This document shows, one piece after another, positions 18,060-26,556 of a DNA stretch of 64,000 nucleotides. A program made the position numbers and the translations under genes. This DNA is from Candidatus Gottesmanbacteria bacterium (lineage in GTDB: Bacteria; Patescibacteriota; Microgenomatia; UBA10105; UBA927): assembly GCA_023245335.1 (NCBI GenBank), contig JAHFKK010000001.1, forward strand, positions 1,098,053-1,162,052, read 5' to 3'. Positions within the stretch are counted from its first letter, which is position 1. Each line of letters opens with the position of its first letter. The notes under the pieces were generated by a model. It was not told the DNA's origin, made no database searches, and saw only the letters and a list, made by a program, of their open reading frames with translations.

Positions 18060-18398
18060 TTATCTCGCCCGCTGAAGATCTTCGGTCAGTTGCGCGTATT
18101 TATCGTCCATTGATTTAAACACTTCATCCGTCACCAACCCCCGGCCCCATGCGACGGCAAGGTGCGTGCGTACGACCGCAACCATTCCTATAGCATCAAG
18201 GAGTACCTGACGGCCAAACCGCCGATCTGCCCGGGACAGGCCATCAGCAATCTTCGAAGCGACTGCTGTTGCCGAAGCGATACAATCTTCGACTATTTCC
18301 TCATCTGTACTTCCCCGCAGCCCGTCAAACGTATCATGGACTTCCATAAGGACGACAAATGCGTCCTGCCAGAGTTTTTGATCATGAAAATTTTGCAT
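18060..18398 (-). CDS. Four-helix-bundle protein (TIGR02436 / 23S-rRNA IVS / Avd-like family)
   Basis: 112 aa. Pattern K.LWQ.A..L..EV, A.S...KIADG, F....LLDAIG...E..T.L.VA matches the four-helix-bundle family. No reverse transcriptase nearby. Confidence 0.5.
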   Translation of the reverse strand: MQNFHDQKLWQDAFVVLMEVHDTFDGLRGSTDEEIVEDCIASATAVASKIADGLSRADRRFGRQVLLDAIGMVAVVRTHLAVAWGRGLVTDEVFKSMDDKYAQLTEDLQRAR

Positions 18399-18463
18399 AT
18401 GGTACGTATAGTACCTTGTGAGGCCAGTCAGGTCAATGAAGAGAAGAATTTACTATAGGTTTA

Positions 18464-18515
18464 TACCAGTATTTACCAATCTTTATAAAGGTTTTTACAA
18501 GTATTTACAAATGGC
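18464..18515 (-). promoter_or_regulatory. Repeated motif TTTACAAGTATTTAC / TACCAGTATTTACCAAT upstream of 18060..18398; shared with the region upstream of the HTH-Cache regulator gene
   Basis: TTACAAGTATTTAC at 18496..18509 and GTATTTACCAAT at 18469..18480 recur at 42938..42977 in a similar position relative to a minus-strand start codon. Confidence 0.35.
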
Positions 18516-18526
18516 TTTAGCTTGTA

Positions 18527-18943
18527 TTAAGGCGCCGGAATGGCTTTTGTTGGTGCAACAGTAGCAGATGGTGTAGCGCTCCCCACATTGATAGTCCCGA
18601 AGTTAATAATTTTATTTGCTTGTTCATCATAAAGTATCGCAAGCCGTGCATTGGGATACAATATGACCCGGTCGTCTTTTTTGGCTTTTGCAAAAAACGG
18701 CTGACTTTTTATAAGATCAGGATTTTGGACTGTGGCGACGGTCGGCTGTTCACCAGTCGGTAAATCGATAAGCTTACCTACCTTGGCCAACAAATCTCTT
18801 ACTGCAATATTTGGATCGTTGGTACGGGCGACCAGTGTCTTATATTGAAAGTAATAATAGATCCCAGCAGTAGATCCGGCGACGGCAAGCAGTATGAGAA
18901 TGACGAAAGAAATAATGACCGCTTTTTTCTCCATATATTGCAA
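18527..18943 (-). CDS. Membrane-anchored protein of unknown function (paralog of N-terminal domain of 21045..21764)
   Basis: 138 aa. N-terminal TM; C-terminal block VGKLIDLPTGEQPTVATV...PFFAKAKKDDRVILY...AILY shared with 21045..21764. Confidence 0.5.
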   Translation of the reverse strand: MQYMEKKAVIISFVILILLAVAGSTAGIYYYFQYKTLVARTNDPNIAVRDLLAKVGKLIDLPTGEQPTVATVQNPDLIKSQPFFAKAKKDDRVILYPNARLAILYDEQANKIINFGTINVGSATPSATVAPTKAIPAP

Positions 18944-18981
18944 AGTAAATTTCTTAAAGTATGAGTATTATACACCGACTT

Positions 18982-19149
18982 CTAAAAAGCGGTATACAAA
19001 AAAGGAACCACCGGCGAACTTTGCGCTAAGACAAGCAACACGGCAACGACAATGAGTGTGACGACAAACGGGATCATCCACCACAAACGATTCTGCCAAA
19101 AGAAGGAAAGCAATTCTTTCACGGTAGAGGCTTGATGGATGACTTTCAT
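18982..19149 (-). CDS. Small membrane protein (~55 aa) translationally coupled to the carbamoyltransferase gene
   Basis: Not in the ORF track (under 60 aa). Manual translation gives MKVIHQASTVKELLSFFWQNRLWWMIPFVVTLIVVAVLLVLAQSSPVVPFLYTAF. Its ATG overlaps the carbamoyltransferase TGA (ATGA). Confidence 0.4.
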   Translation of the reverse strand: MKVIHQASTVKELLSFFWQNRLWWMIPFVVTLIVVAVLLVLAQSSPVVPFLYTAF

Positions 19150-20822
19150 AGCGTTATCTTGTCCTTAATAACATACTTCCCTAACACCAAAACGTCAATG
19201 CCGCTCCTCACAAATGTGCTGTAGGCGTCGGCGGGACTGTTGACGATGGGCTCGCCTTTCAGGTTAAATGAGGTATTGAGAAGTATCGGACGCTTGGTCT
19301 TTTTATAAAAAGCTTCAAGAAGCCTCCGGTATCGGCCGGGATACCCCCTACTCACCGTCTGTATGCGGGAAGTGCCGTCCACATGAACGACAGCTGCGGC
19401 GATGCGTTTGGCCAACCTGCTCGCTTGAAAGGTCCCGAGCATAAACGGTATAAGGTTGGACTCCGTGACGGTAAAATACCGTTTTGTCTGCTCTGCCAGT
19501 ATAACCGGAGCAAACGGCCGGAATTCTTCACGGAATTTGATTTTGGCGTTCACGATGTCTTTCATCTTCGATTCTTTGGGGTCCGCAAGTATCGTTCGGT
19601 GCCCGAGAGCCCGTGGCCCGAATTCTGCCCGTCCTTCAAACCAGCCGACCACACGCCCCGATATCAATGCATCCGTAACTGTCGAATATAACCGTGCATC
19701 CTTCATCGCTATATAGGGAATTTTTTTATCAACGAGAAATTGACGGATTGTCCTGTCGCTGTACTCCTTACCCCAAAATACATCCCGTAACGGCTGACGC
19801 TTCTCAGCACCCAACACATGATGATATGCGTATAACGCCGCCCCCGCTGCGGCACCGTCATCCCCGGCTGCCGGAAAAATAAACAGATGTTTAAAGGGGG
19901 TCCGTTTCGTTACCAAACCGTTGATGACGCTGTTTAAAGCGACTCCGCCACCATAAACAAGGTTAGTCTCCCCTGTCTCCCGGGCAATCACCGACATCAT
20001 GGTAAAAATGATTTCTTCGGTGACCTTTTGGATGCTCGCTGCCAAATCAAAACGATCGCACCCCACAAATTCCTTCAGAAACACGTCCGAACACATCCGT
20101 TCGGCACTTCTATGGAACAGAAAGTAATCAAGATTGAGACGAAGGGATCCATCAGAAAACTGGCGGAACGTTTTTTTGACTTTATTCACATATCTTGGCT
20201 TCCCGTATCCGGCCATTCCCATCACTTTGTATTCCCCGTCGTTTACTTCGAACCCAAGGAATGCGGTAAACGCTGAATAAAGCATGCCGACTGAATGCGG
20301 GAACCGCATTTCATACCTTGGGAAAAGACGATGTCCCCGGGCGGTTCCCCAGCTCCCGGTAGTCCACTCGCCGACAGCATCCAAAGTGAGATATGCGGCG
20401 TGAGAAAACGGACTCGGATAAAAACTCGCCGCGGCATGACTCGTGTGCTGGGGAACAAATAATACTTGTTCCGGCGCTATACCAAGCTCACTCACGATCG
20501 TTGATTTGATCCAGAGCTTCTCCGTAAGGCTGTTGCGCATGGATTCGACAAACCAGGAACGTGACTCAGGCGCGTACCGGAGACTGATGGTCAGATTACG
20601 TTCGAACTTCTGAAACGGTTTTTCATAGAACGCAACGTAGTCAAGCTCATTGGCCCTCATACCTGCTTCTTTCAGGCAATATGCGATAGCCTGTTTCGGG
20701 AACCCTGCGTCATGTTTTTTACGGCTGAACCGTTCTTCAGCGGAAGCGGCAATAAGCCTGCCATCTCGGATGATGACCGCTGCCGATTCGTGATAGTGAC
20801 TGGAAATACCCAGGATAGTCAT
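19146..20822 (-). CDS. Carbamoyltransferase, NodU/CmcH family
   Basis: 558 aa. N-terminal block MTILGISSHYHESAAVIIRDGRLIAASAEERFSRKKHDAGFPKQAIAYCL is highly characteristic of NodU/CmcH O-carbamoyltransferases. Confidence 0.8.
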   Translation of the reverse strand: MTILGISSHYHESAAVIIRDGRLIAASAEERFSRKKHDAGFPKQAIAYCLKEAGMRANELDYVAFYEKPFQKFERNLTISLRYAPESRSWFVESMRNSLTEKLWIKSTIVSELGIAPEQVLFVPQHTSHAAASFYPSPFSHAAYLTLDAVGEWTTGSWGTARGHRLFPRYEMRFPHSVGMLYSAFTAFLGFEVNDGEYKVMGMAGYGKPRYVNKVKKTFRQFSDGSLRLNLDYFLFHRSAERMCSDVFLKEFVGCDRFDLAASIQKVTEEIIFTMMSVIARETGETNLVYGGGVALNSVINGLVTKRTPFKHLFIFPAAGDDGAAAGAALYAYHHVLGAEKRQPLRDVFWGKEYSDRTIRQFLVDKKIPYIAMKDARLYSTVTDALISGRVVGWFEGRAEFGPRALGHRTILADPKESKMKDIVNAKIKFREEFRPFAPVILAEQTKRYFTVTESNLIPFMLGTFQASRLAKRIAAAVVHVDGTSRIQTVSRGYPGRYRRLLEAFYKKTKRPILLNTSFNLKGEPIVNSPADAYSTFVRSGIDVLVLGKYVIKDKITL

Positions 20823-20829
20823 ACTGGTT

Positions 20830-21033
20830 TCAAAACTGCTTTCTTAGATCGTCCAGTGTGTTAGCGCGGTAGGACCAGGAATGCCATTCTCCCGGCATGT
20901 GCTTCGTAACAACCCGGTACATGAAACCAAGCGGAACGACAAAAAGCCAATAGATAAAGGACAAAAGAATCGTCGTCTGCCAACGGGTAAGGACTCTGGC
21001 GATAGTCCGGAATAGCTCCATAGATATGCCCAA
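20830..21033 (-). CDS. Small membrane protein (67 aa) immediately upstream of the carbamoyltransferase
   Basis: One TM (TTILLSFIYWLFVVPLGF); 7-nt gap to the carbamoyltransferase start. Confidence 0.35.
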   Translation of the reverse strand: MGISMELFRTIARVLTRWQTTILLSFIYWLFVVPLGFMYRVVTKHMPGEWHSWSYRANTLDDLRKQF

Positions 21034-21044
21034 ACGGCAAAAAA

Positions 21045-21764
21045 TTATTTCTTATCCGCTCCGATTATAATGAGAAAATCCGCTGATGGGGTCGATTCCC
21101 CGGCAGGAAGCGGTGACAGGGTAACTCCCAGGCTCTGCGCCAGTTGCTGAGCAGCCTGCGCCTTATCGCCTTTGACATCAACCAGGAGTGTCGTCGTATA
21201 ATTTTTTCCTTTTGCATTATCCCGATCGGCAACCACGGCATTCGGGGTCTTCCCCTTGAGCTCGACTTCATACTTCTTTGTGAGTCCGACAACCGATGTG
21301 CCGTTCAGAAGAACAAAGGACGGCGTCTGCTGCGCAGCGGTCGTTGTGGGACCGACACTTATAGGACCCACATCAACGATTTTATGTTCGCCGGGCCGAT
21401 AGAGAATTGCTTTTTTGGCTTTGGTATAGATAAGCACACGATCTCCTTTTTTTGCGTTGGCGAAAAACGGATTAGCCTGCAACCGCGAAGCATCCGTCAC
21501 CGTCGCGACCGTCGGAGTCTCACCGGCCGGAAGAACGATAAGTTTACCGACTTCCGTGACGAGTTGCTGTGCATCGGTTTTCGCCGCATCAGCAAGAGAT
21601 GTGGGAGACGACTTGAGACGGTCAAGCTCTTTTTGAATCACGAAAAATCTATAGACACCGAAGCCGGTAAGAAAGACAACCACCACGCCGATAACAATGA
21701 ATACTACCCGTTGGGGCAACCGGAACGAAGAGGTCAAGTGCTCACCAGGACGATCGTCACTCAT
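21045..21764 (-). CDS. Membrane-anchored protein with N-terminal domain paralogous to 18527..18943 and C-terminal LytR_C-like domain
   Basis: Start set at MSDDRPG (21764) to avoid overlap with fcl. TM; shared block VGKLIVLPAGETPTVATV..PFFANAKKGDRVLIY. C-terminal SFVLLNGTSVVGLTKKYEVELKGK...LAQSLG resembles the LytR_C domain. Confidence 0.5.
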   Translation of the reverse strand: MSDDRPGEHLTSSFRLPQRVVFIVIGVVVVFLTGFGVYRFFVIQKELDRLKSSPTSLADAAKTDAQQLVTEVGKLIVLPAGETPTVATVTDASRLQANPFFANAKKGDRVLIYTKAKKAILYRPGEHKIVDVGPISVGPTTTAAQQTPSFVLLNGTSVVGLTKKYEVELKGKTPNAVVADRDNAKGKNYTTTLLVDVKGDKAQAAQQLAQSLGVTLSPLPAGESTPSADFLIIIGADKK

Positions 21765-21816
21765 ATGTACTGGTATATCACGGAACGGGCAATACTGACA
21801 AGCATATATCGCTTTG

Positions 21817-22767
21817 TTACGGATAGGTGGAAAGATACCAGGAAACCGTCCGGTTGAGGCCGGTGCGGAACTTGGTCCCGGCACGGAAACCGAATGCGGT
21901 AGATGCAAGTGAAGAGTCCAACAATCTCTTCGGCTGACCGTCCGGATGGCGACCGTCAAACCGTATGTCGCCCACGAATCCAACCAGCCGCGCAATCTCG
22001 CTGGCAAGCATCCGGATCGACAACTCGCTGCCGCTGCCGATATTTACAGGATCCGGCCTGTCATACTGTTGGGCGGCCAACATGATTGCACGGGCGGCGT
22101 CACCCACATACAGAAACTCCCGCGTCGCGAGCCCAGTTCCCCATAATACGACGGTTTTTGCCCTGCGTTTCTTCGCATCACGCATCTTCCGGATGAGCGA
22201 AGGAATGACATGCGCATACTGCGGGTGATATGAATCTCCGGGCCCGTAGAGATTCACCGGGATGAGATAGATAATCGGAAATCCGTACTGCTGCCGATAT
22301 GCGTGTGCCTGCACCAGGAGAGATTTTTTTGCTACCCCGTATGCGGCATTTGTTTCTTCGGGATACCCGTCCCAAAAATTCCGCTCCGAAAACGGAACCG
22401 GCGTATATTTGGGATAGGAACAAACGGTCCCTATGTGAACGAGTTTCCTGACACCGGCTCGATAGGCCGCCTGAGTTATATACATACCCATAAGGAGGTT
22501 ATCATCAAACAGTGTGGCGGGAAATTTTTCATTCCGTCCGATACCCCCGACTTCACCGGCCGCATGAATGACGATATCCGCTCCTACCACAGCCTTTTTG
22601 CATGCGCTAAGGGTCCGGAGGTCATACTCATCATGCGTCACCCGACGTAACGCACGCGGGCGGAGTTCGGTAAGGAGTGAAACGATGTGGGATCCGAGAA
22701 ATCCCGTTGCACCGGTCACGACGACCCGTTGTTTCCGCCAAAATGCAGGAGAAAATGTGCGTCGCAT
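21817..22767 (-). CDS. fcl: GDP-L-fucose synthase (GDP-4-keto-6-deoxymannose 3,5-epimerase/4-reductase)
   Basis: 316 aa; aligns along its length with E. coli Fcl (VTGATGFLGS, HAAGEVGGI..N...PA.F..DNLLM, CSYPK, YG.AKK, NLYGPGDSYHP...HVIPSLIRK, VLWGTG...REFLYV.D, FDG..PDGQPKRLLD). Confidence 0.85.
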   Translation of the reverse strand: MRRTFSPAFWRKQRVVVTGATGFLGSHIVSLLTELRPRALRRVTHDEYDLRTLSACKKAVVGADIVIHAAGEVGGIGRNEKFPATLFDDNLLMGMYITQAAYRAGVRKLVHIGTVCSYPKYTPVPFSERNFWDGYPEETNAAYGVAKKSLLVQAHAYRQQYGFPIIYLIPVNLYGPGDSYHPQYAHVIPSLIRKMRDAKKRRAKTVVLWGTGLATREFLYVGDAARAIMLAAQQYDRPDPVNIGSGSELSIRMLASEIARLVGFVGDIRFDGRHPDGQPKRLLDSSLASTAFGFRAGTKFRTGLNRTVSWYLSTYP

Positions 22768-22785
22768 AATCCAATGGGTATTGTA

Positions 22786-23553
22786 TCACGACCGGGTCGC
22801 GTCCCTTTTCCTGACACGAAAATCTTTCATCGCATGATATAGGACGACAAGAAGCTTCATGCCGTCGCGAAATCTCGATATTTTGGTGACTCCATAAACA
22901 CGCGCCCGATACACGACGGGTACCTCAACGATAGGCATACCCAGCTTGGCTGCTCCGAGAAGGAGGGTGAAGTCACCATACGGGTCATGGATGCGGAATT
23001 TTTTTGTCGCGTGCCATATGTTCTGATACTGCACGCGGGTCAGGGCCTTTGTTCCGCAAAGAGTATCCGTAATCCGTGAGCCGACCATAAGGGAAAATAT
23101 CCATGAAAACAGAATGTTCCCAGTATGGTTAAGGAGTCGCATCGCACCGGGCTCCTGGGGATAGATGAATCGCGATCCCATAACCAACGCGGACGGTTTT
23201 TTCACCAGTGCCGACACAACATGAACAATGACCGTAGGATCGACGGACATATCCGCGTCATAGATCACAAGCGCCTGTCCGCGTGCGCGCCGCATGCCAT
23301 AAGAAACGGCATCCCATTTTCCCCTGCCGGGTTGTTGCTTGTCATAGATACGCCAGGAACGGTGACGCCCTCCTCCCAATGTACGAATGGCACGACGGAT
23401 GGCTTCTCTGGTGCCGTCCGTAGAATGACCGTCGACAAAGATAAGCTCTCCCCGCAGGGGAATTTTGGAAACGGAGACAACGATACGGGAGACGGTCCCT
23501 GCTTCATCTTTGCAGGGAACTATAACACTCACATCTATAGCTCTCGTTGTCAT
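22786..23553 (-). CDS. Family 2 glycosyltransferase (dolichyl/polyprenyl-phosphate sugar synthase-like)
   Basis: 255 aa. VSVIVPCKDEAGTV, FVDGHSTDGT and YDADMS (DxD) motifs of the GT2/DPM1-like fold. Confidence 0.8.
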   Translation of the reverse strand: MTTRAIDVSVIVPCKDEAGTVSRIVVSVSKIPLRGELIFVDGHSTDGTREAIRRAIRTLGGGRHRSWRIYDKQQPGRGKWDAVSYGMRRARGQALVIYDADMSVDPTVIVHVVSALVKKPSALVMGSRFIYPQEPGAMRLLNHTGNILFSWIFSLMVGSRITDTLCGTKALTRVQYQNIWHATKKFRIHDPYGDFTLLLGAAKLGMPIVEVPVVYRARVYGVTKISRFRDGMKLLVVLYHAMKDFRVRKRDATRS

Positions 23554-23564
23554 TATATTTGTAA

Positions 23565-24581
23565 TTGATTATGATAAGTGAACGCAAACATCAGGCTGCA
23601 GACATGAAACAAACGCTTCTTATTGTACTCGGATTGTCCATAATCGCCAACATTATCGGCTTTACGTATATCAGCCTGAACGCACATCCGCCGGACGGAT
23701 ATCAATCCGGCTCGGCAGATCAATATCCGTTATTATCACCAAGGATATTTGCCGAAAAACAAAACGATATCCTCGTGAACTTCGTCAAACTGAGAGCTGA
23801 CATCGCCGCATATATCTCCGCAACTAATCTCAATACAGACTCGAAAAAATCCCCTTCATTCGGGATGTACTTTGAATATCTGCCATCCGGCATATCAATC
23901 GGCGTAGGAGAAAAAAATTCATATATTGCCGCGAGCCTTCTCAAGGTTCCGATCATCATGGGAGTATATAAGTATATAGCCAGTGGACACATACATGAAG
24001 ACGATGTCCTGACCATCAAAGACGAATTCCTCGACCCGTCATACGGCGATTTATGGAAAAAAGGCGCAGGGAGTACCATATCCGTCGCTGACGCCATCAA
24101 GCTCACGCTCATCAAATCGGATAACACCGCAAAGTCGGTCCTCTATGGTAATACCCCGCCGGAAACGCTCACTGACGTCTATCAGTATTTGGACATACCC
24201 TTTGAGCTGAACGGGAACGTCCCGGTAGTTTCACCCAAAAATTACTCCTCCATTCTCCGAAGCCTTTACCTGTCAAGTTACCTGACCCCTGAATATTCCA
24301 ACAAACTGCTCACATTGCTCACCCAATCTGATTTCAATGATAAATTAAGCGCCGGTATTCCGGATGCAGTAAAAGTCGCTCACAAAATCGGCGTACAGGA
24401 TGTAAACAATCCGAATGGCTCCATCTACACGGATTGCGGTATCGTCTACGTTCCGAAACGCCCGTATATCCTATGTCTCATGATGCGGGATACGGAAACA
24501 AACGCACAGACGCACATGAAATCGATCTCAAAAATAATCTATGACTACGTCACCAAAACAAATACGCCGTCCTCCAACTGA
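23565..24581 (+). CDS. Membrane-anchored class A beta-lactamase-like serine hydrolase fold protein
   Basis: 338 aa. N-terminal TM; AASLLK (S-x-x-K), KSDNTAKSVL (class A SDN box) and HKIG (KTG-like) in the expected order. Catalytic competence unknown. Confidence 0.5.
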   Translation: MIMISERKHQAADMKQTLLIVLGLSIIANIIGFTYISLNAHPPDGYQSGSADQYPLLSPRIFAEKQNDILVNFVKLRADIAAYISATNLNTDSKKSPSFGMYFEYLPSGISIGVGEKNSYIAASLLKVPIIMGVYKYIASGHIHEDDVLTIKDEFLDPSYGDLWKKGAGSTISVADAIKLTLIKSDNTAKSVLYGNTPPETLTDVYQYLDIPFELNGNVPVVSPKNYSSILRSLYLSSYLTPEYSNKLLTLLTQSDFNDKLSAGIPDAVKVAHKIGVQDVNNPNGSIYTDCGIVYVPKRPYILCLMMRDTETNAQTHMKSISKIIYDYVTKTNTPSSN

Positions 24582-26556
24582 TGTCCGGCTGTGGATCACC
24601 TGCGCCTTTGGTCTGTTGACCCTTCTTCTGTGCGCACGATATCTCCTGGGAAACACCATGTCACCGGACTCGTGGCTCCATATCGGAACGGGGCGATTTA
24701 TTCTGGAACACAAATATTTGCCGCATCATGGAGATATTTCGTACAAAATCACCGCGCCAATTTTTGAATGGGTTCCCGCAAGCTGGTTATCCGACGTCAT
24801 GCTCTACGTAAGCAGCGCAAAATTAACTGTCGGCGGGCCGCTCATCAGCATAACCATACTGCTCTTCACATTATGGCTCCTGTATATCGTGGGCGGGTTT
24901 CTGACCATTCCGAACGTGCTGAGGGTTGTATCTATCACGATCGCGGCAATCCTGACCCTGTCGTTTTGGAGACTGCACCCACTACTTTTTCTGGTACCGC
25001 TCACCGTCCTTCTGGAACTCGTATTCATCCGCTGGACACAAACCAAAATACACCGGCTCCTCTGGATTCTTCCTCTTATTACAGTCCTCTGGGCAAATAT
25101 AGGCGGAGGATTTTTATTTATTCCCCTGGGTATCATCATCGCGTATATAGCACACTATCTGTTGACTGAAAAATATAGTAAAAAGGAACGGATCGGTATC
25201 ATCACGCCCGCCGTTACAGGCGCGCTCGTGACCCTCATAAATCCAAGCGGTATACGGGTCTGGATCTACAACGTCACCGTCATCGGACTGTTAGACTCAC
25301 GAAAATGGTATTCGACCCTCACGGGAGCGCTTGAGGCCACCAATACGAGCATCATCAAAAACGCTCCTTCTACTATTCCGTTTGTTTTGGCCCTCGCGTA
25401 CCTCCTGGTGACGGTGTTCGCACTCGGATACGTTCTCGTATCGGACTGGAGAATTTCGTACCCGAAGGTACGTCCCGTCCTTCCTTTGGCCGTACTCCTT
25501 ATCCTACCCTTTCTCTGGATACGGTTTATTCCTATTGGACTCATACCGACATTGCCGCTTTTTATCGTGGTACTATCATTGCTTCTCCGTCGATTGAACG
25601 GCCCGGGGACTCGCTTCGCCGGGCTATTCGGCGTATCGACCGGCCTTCTCATACTCCTTGGCCTCCTATCTCTGCCCGCAGAACCTTCACAGTCTCCGCC
25701 GGTCCACCAGCTCGATATGATCGAGGCCTTTCAACTCCCCCGGACCGTACTTGTGAGCACTGATTTAGTCGGGTACTCCTACTACCGTCTCTATCCGGAT
25801 AAAGGTTTTATAGACGCACAGGACGACATGTTTGATGATAACGACACCCTCGCCATTTACTCGCAGTTTTCAACCGTTTCCGACACACAGGCAAAGCAAC
25901 TCCTCGCTGCGTATCCGAACATAAACGCCGTGATGCTATCGAAAGAAAATGATTACCTGACCGGATATTTCGACAAACAGCCGGACTGGGCGCTCGTCTA
26001 CCTGGACTACAACGGCCTGCTATTTGTGAGAAAATCTTTTGTTTCCGAATCGTTCCTCCGGGATCACGAATTGAGCGCTCTCGATCTCACGACCGACTTG
26101 GGTACTGACCCAAAACATATTCCCGATGCCATCATCCAACTTGAAAAATTCACAAAAACCTACCCCGACAGTACGCTTGCTATCGGTCAACTGGCGAGTC
26201 TCTATAGGGTCAGCGGCAGGCTTGATCAGGCGATCGGAACTATCAAACGTATTCCACAGGCCAAGTGGGATTTCGTCGTCAAGACGGAAATGGGCCGGAT
26301 TCTCGCGGCAAAAGGCGATTGCGCTGATGCGGAACGATTCTTCCTGGATGCTTTGGGCGATCGGAATGAGAAAAATGTCTCAAAAACCACACTGGATCTG
26401 GCGATACTCTATGCTGTGTGCCTCAAAGATAATGCAAAAGCACAACATTATTTCAAACGATATACTTCCTACCCTATCCCGCAGACGGAACGGGACCGCG
26501 CAACAGAGATCATGAAGCGGTATGTCATCAACCTGGAGCTTGATACCCCACCATGA
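24541..26556 (+). CDS. Large polytopic membrane protein (about 13 TM) with C-terminal TPR-like region
   Basis: 671 aa. Many hydrophobic helices through about residue 390; C-terminal soluble region with TPR-like helices. No DD/DE loop-1 motif seen. Confidence 0.45.
   Translation: MTTSPKQIRRPPTDVRLWITCAFGLLTLLLCARYLLGNTMSPDSWLHIGTGRFILEHKYLPHHGDISYKITAPIFEWVPASWLSDVMLYVSSAKLTVGGPLISITILLFTLWLLYIVGGFLTIPNVLRVVSITIAAILTLSFWRLHPLLFLVPLTVLLELVFIRWTQTKIHRLLWILPLITVLWANIGGGFLFIPLGIIIAYIAHYLLTEKYSKKERIGIITPAVTGALVTLINPSGIRVWIYNVTVIGLLDSRKWYSTLTGALEATNTSIIKNAPSTIPFVLALAYLLVTVFALGYVLVSDWRISYPKVRPVLPLAVLLILPFLWIRFIPIGLIPTLPLFIVVLSLLLRRLNGPGTRFAGLFGVSTGLLILLGLLSLPAEPSQSPPVHQLDMIEAFQLPRTVLVSTDLVGYSYYRLYPDKGFIDAQDDMFDDNDTLAIYSQFSTVSDTQAKQLLAAYPNINAVMLSKENDYLTGYFDKQPDWALVYLDYNGLLFVRKSFVSESFLRDHELSALDLTTDLGTDPKHIPDAIIQLEKFTKTYPDSTLAIGQLASLYRVSGRLDQAIGTIKRIPQAKWDFVVKTEMGRILAAKGDCADAERFFLDALGDRNEKNVSKTTLDLAILYAVCLKDNAKAQHYFKRYTSYPIPQTERDRATEIMKRYVINLELDTPP

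Noticed and set aside
18060-18398. Diversity-generating retroelement
   Set aside because: An Avd-like four-helix-bundle gene is present, but no reverse transcriptase or TR/VR repeat pair is visible in this window.
21144-21857. 237-aa + strand ORF
   Set aside because: Antisense to 21045..21764 and to the fcl 3' end; Arg/Cys-rich junk-like composition.
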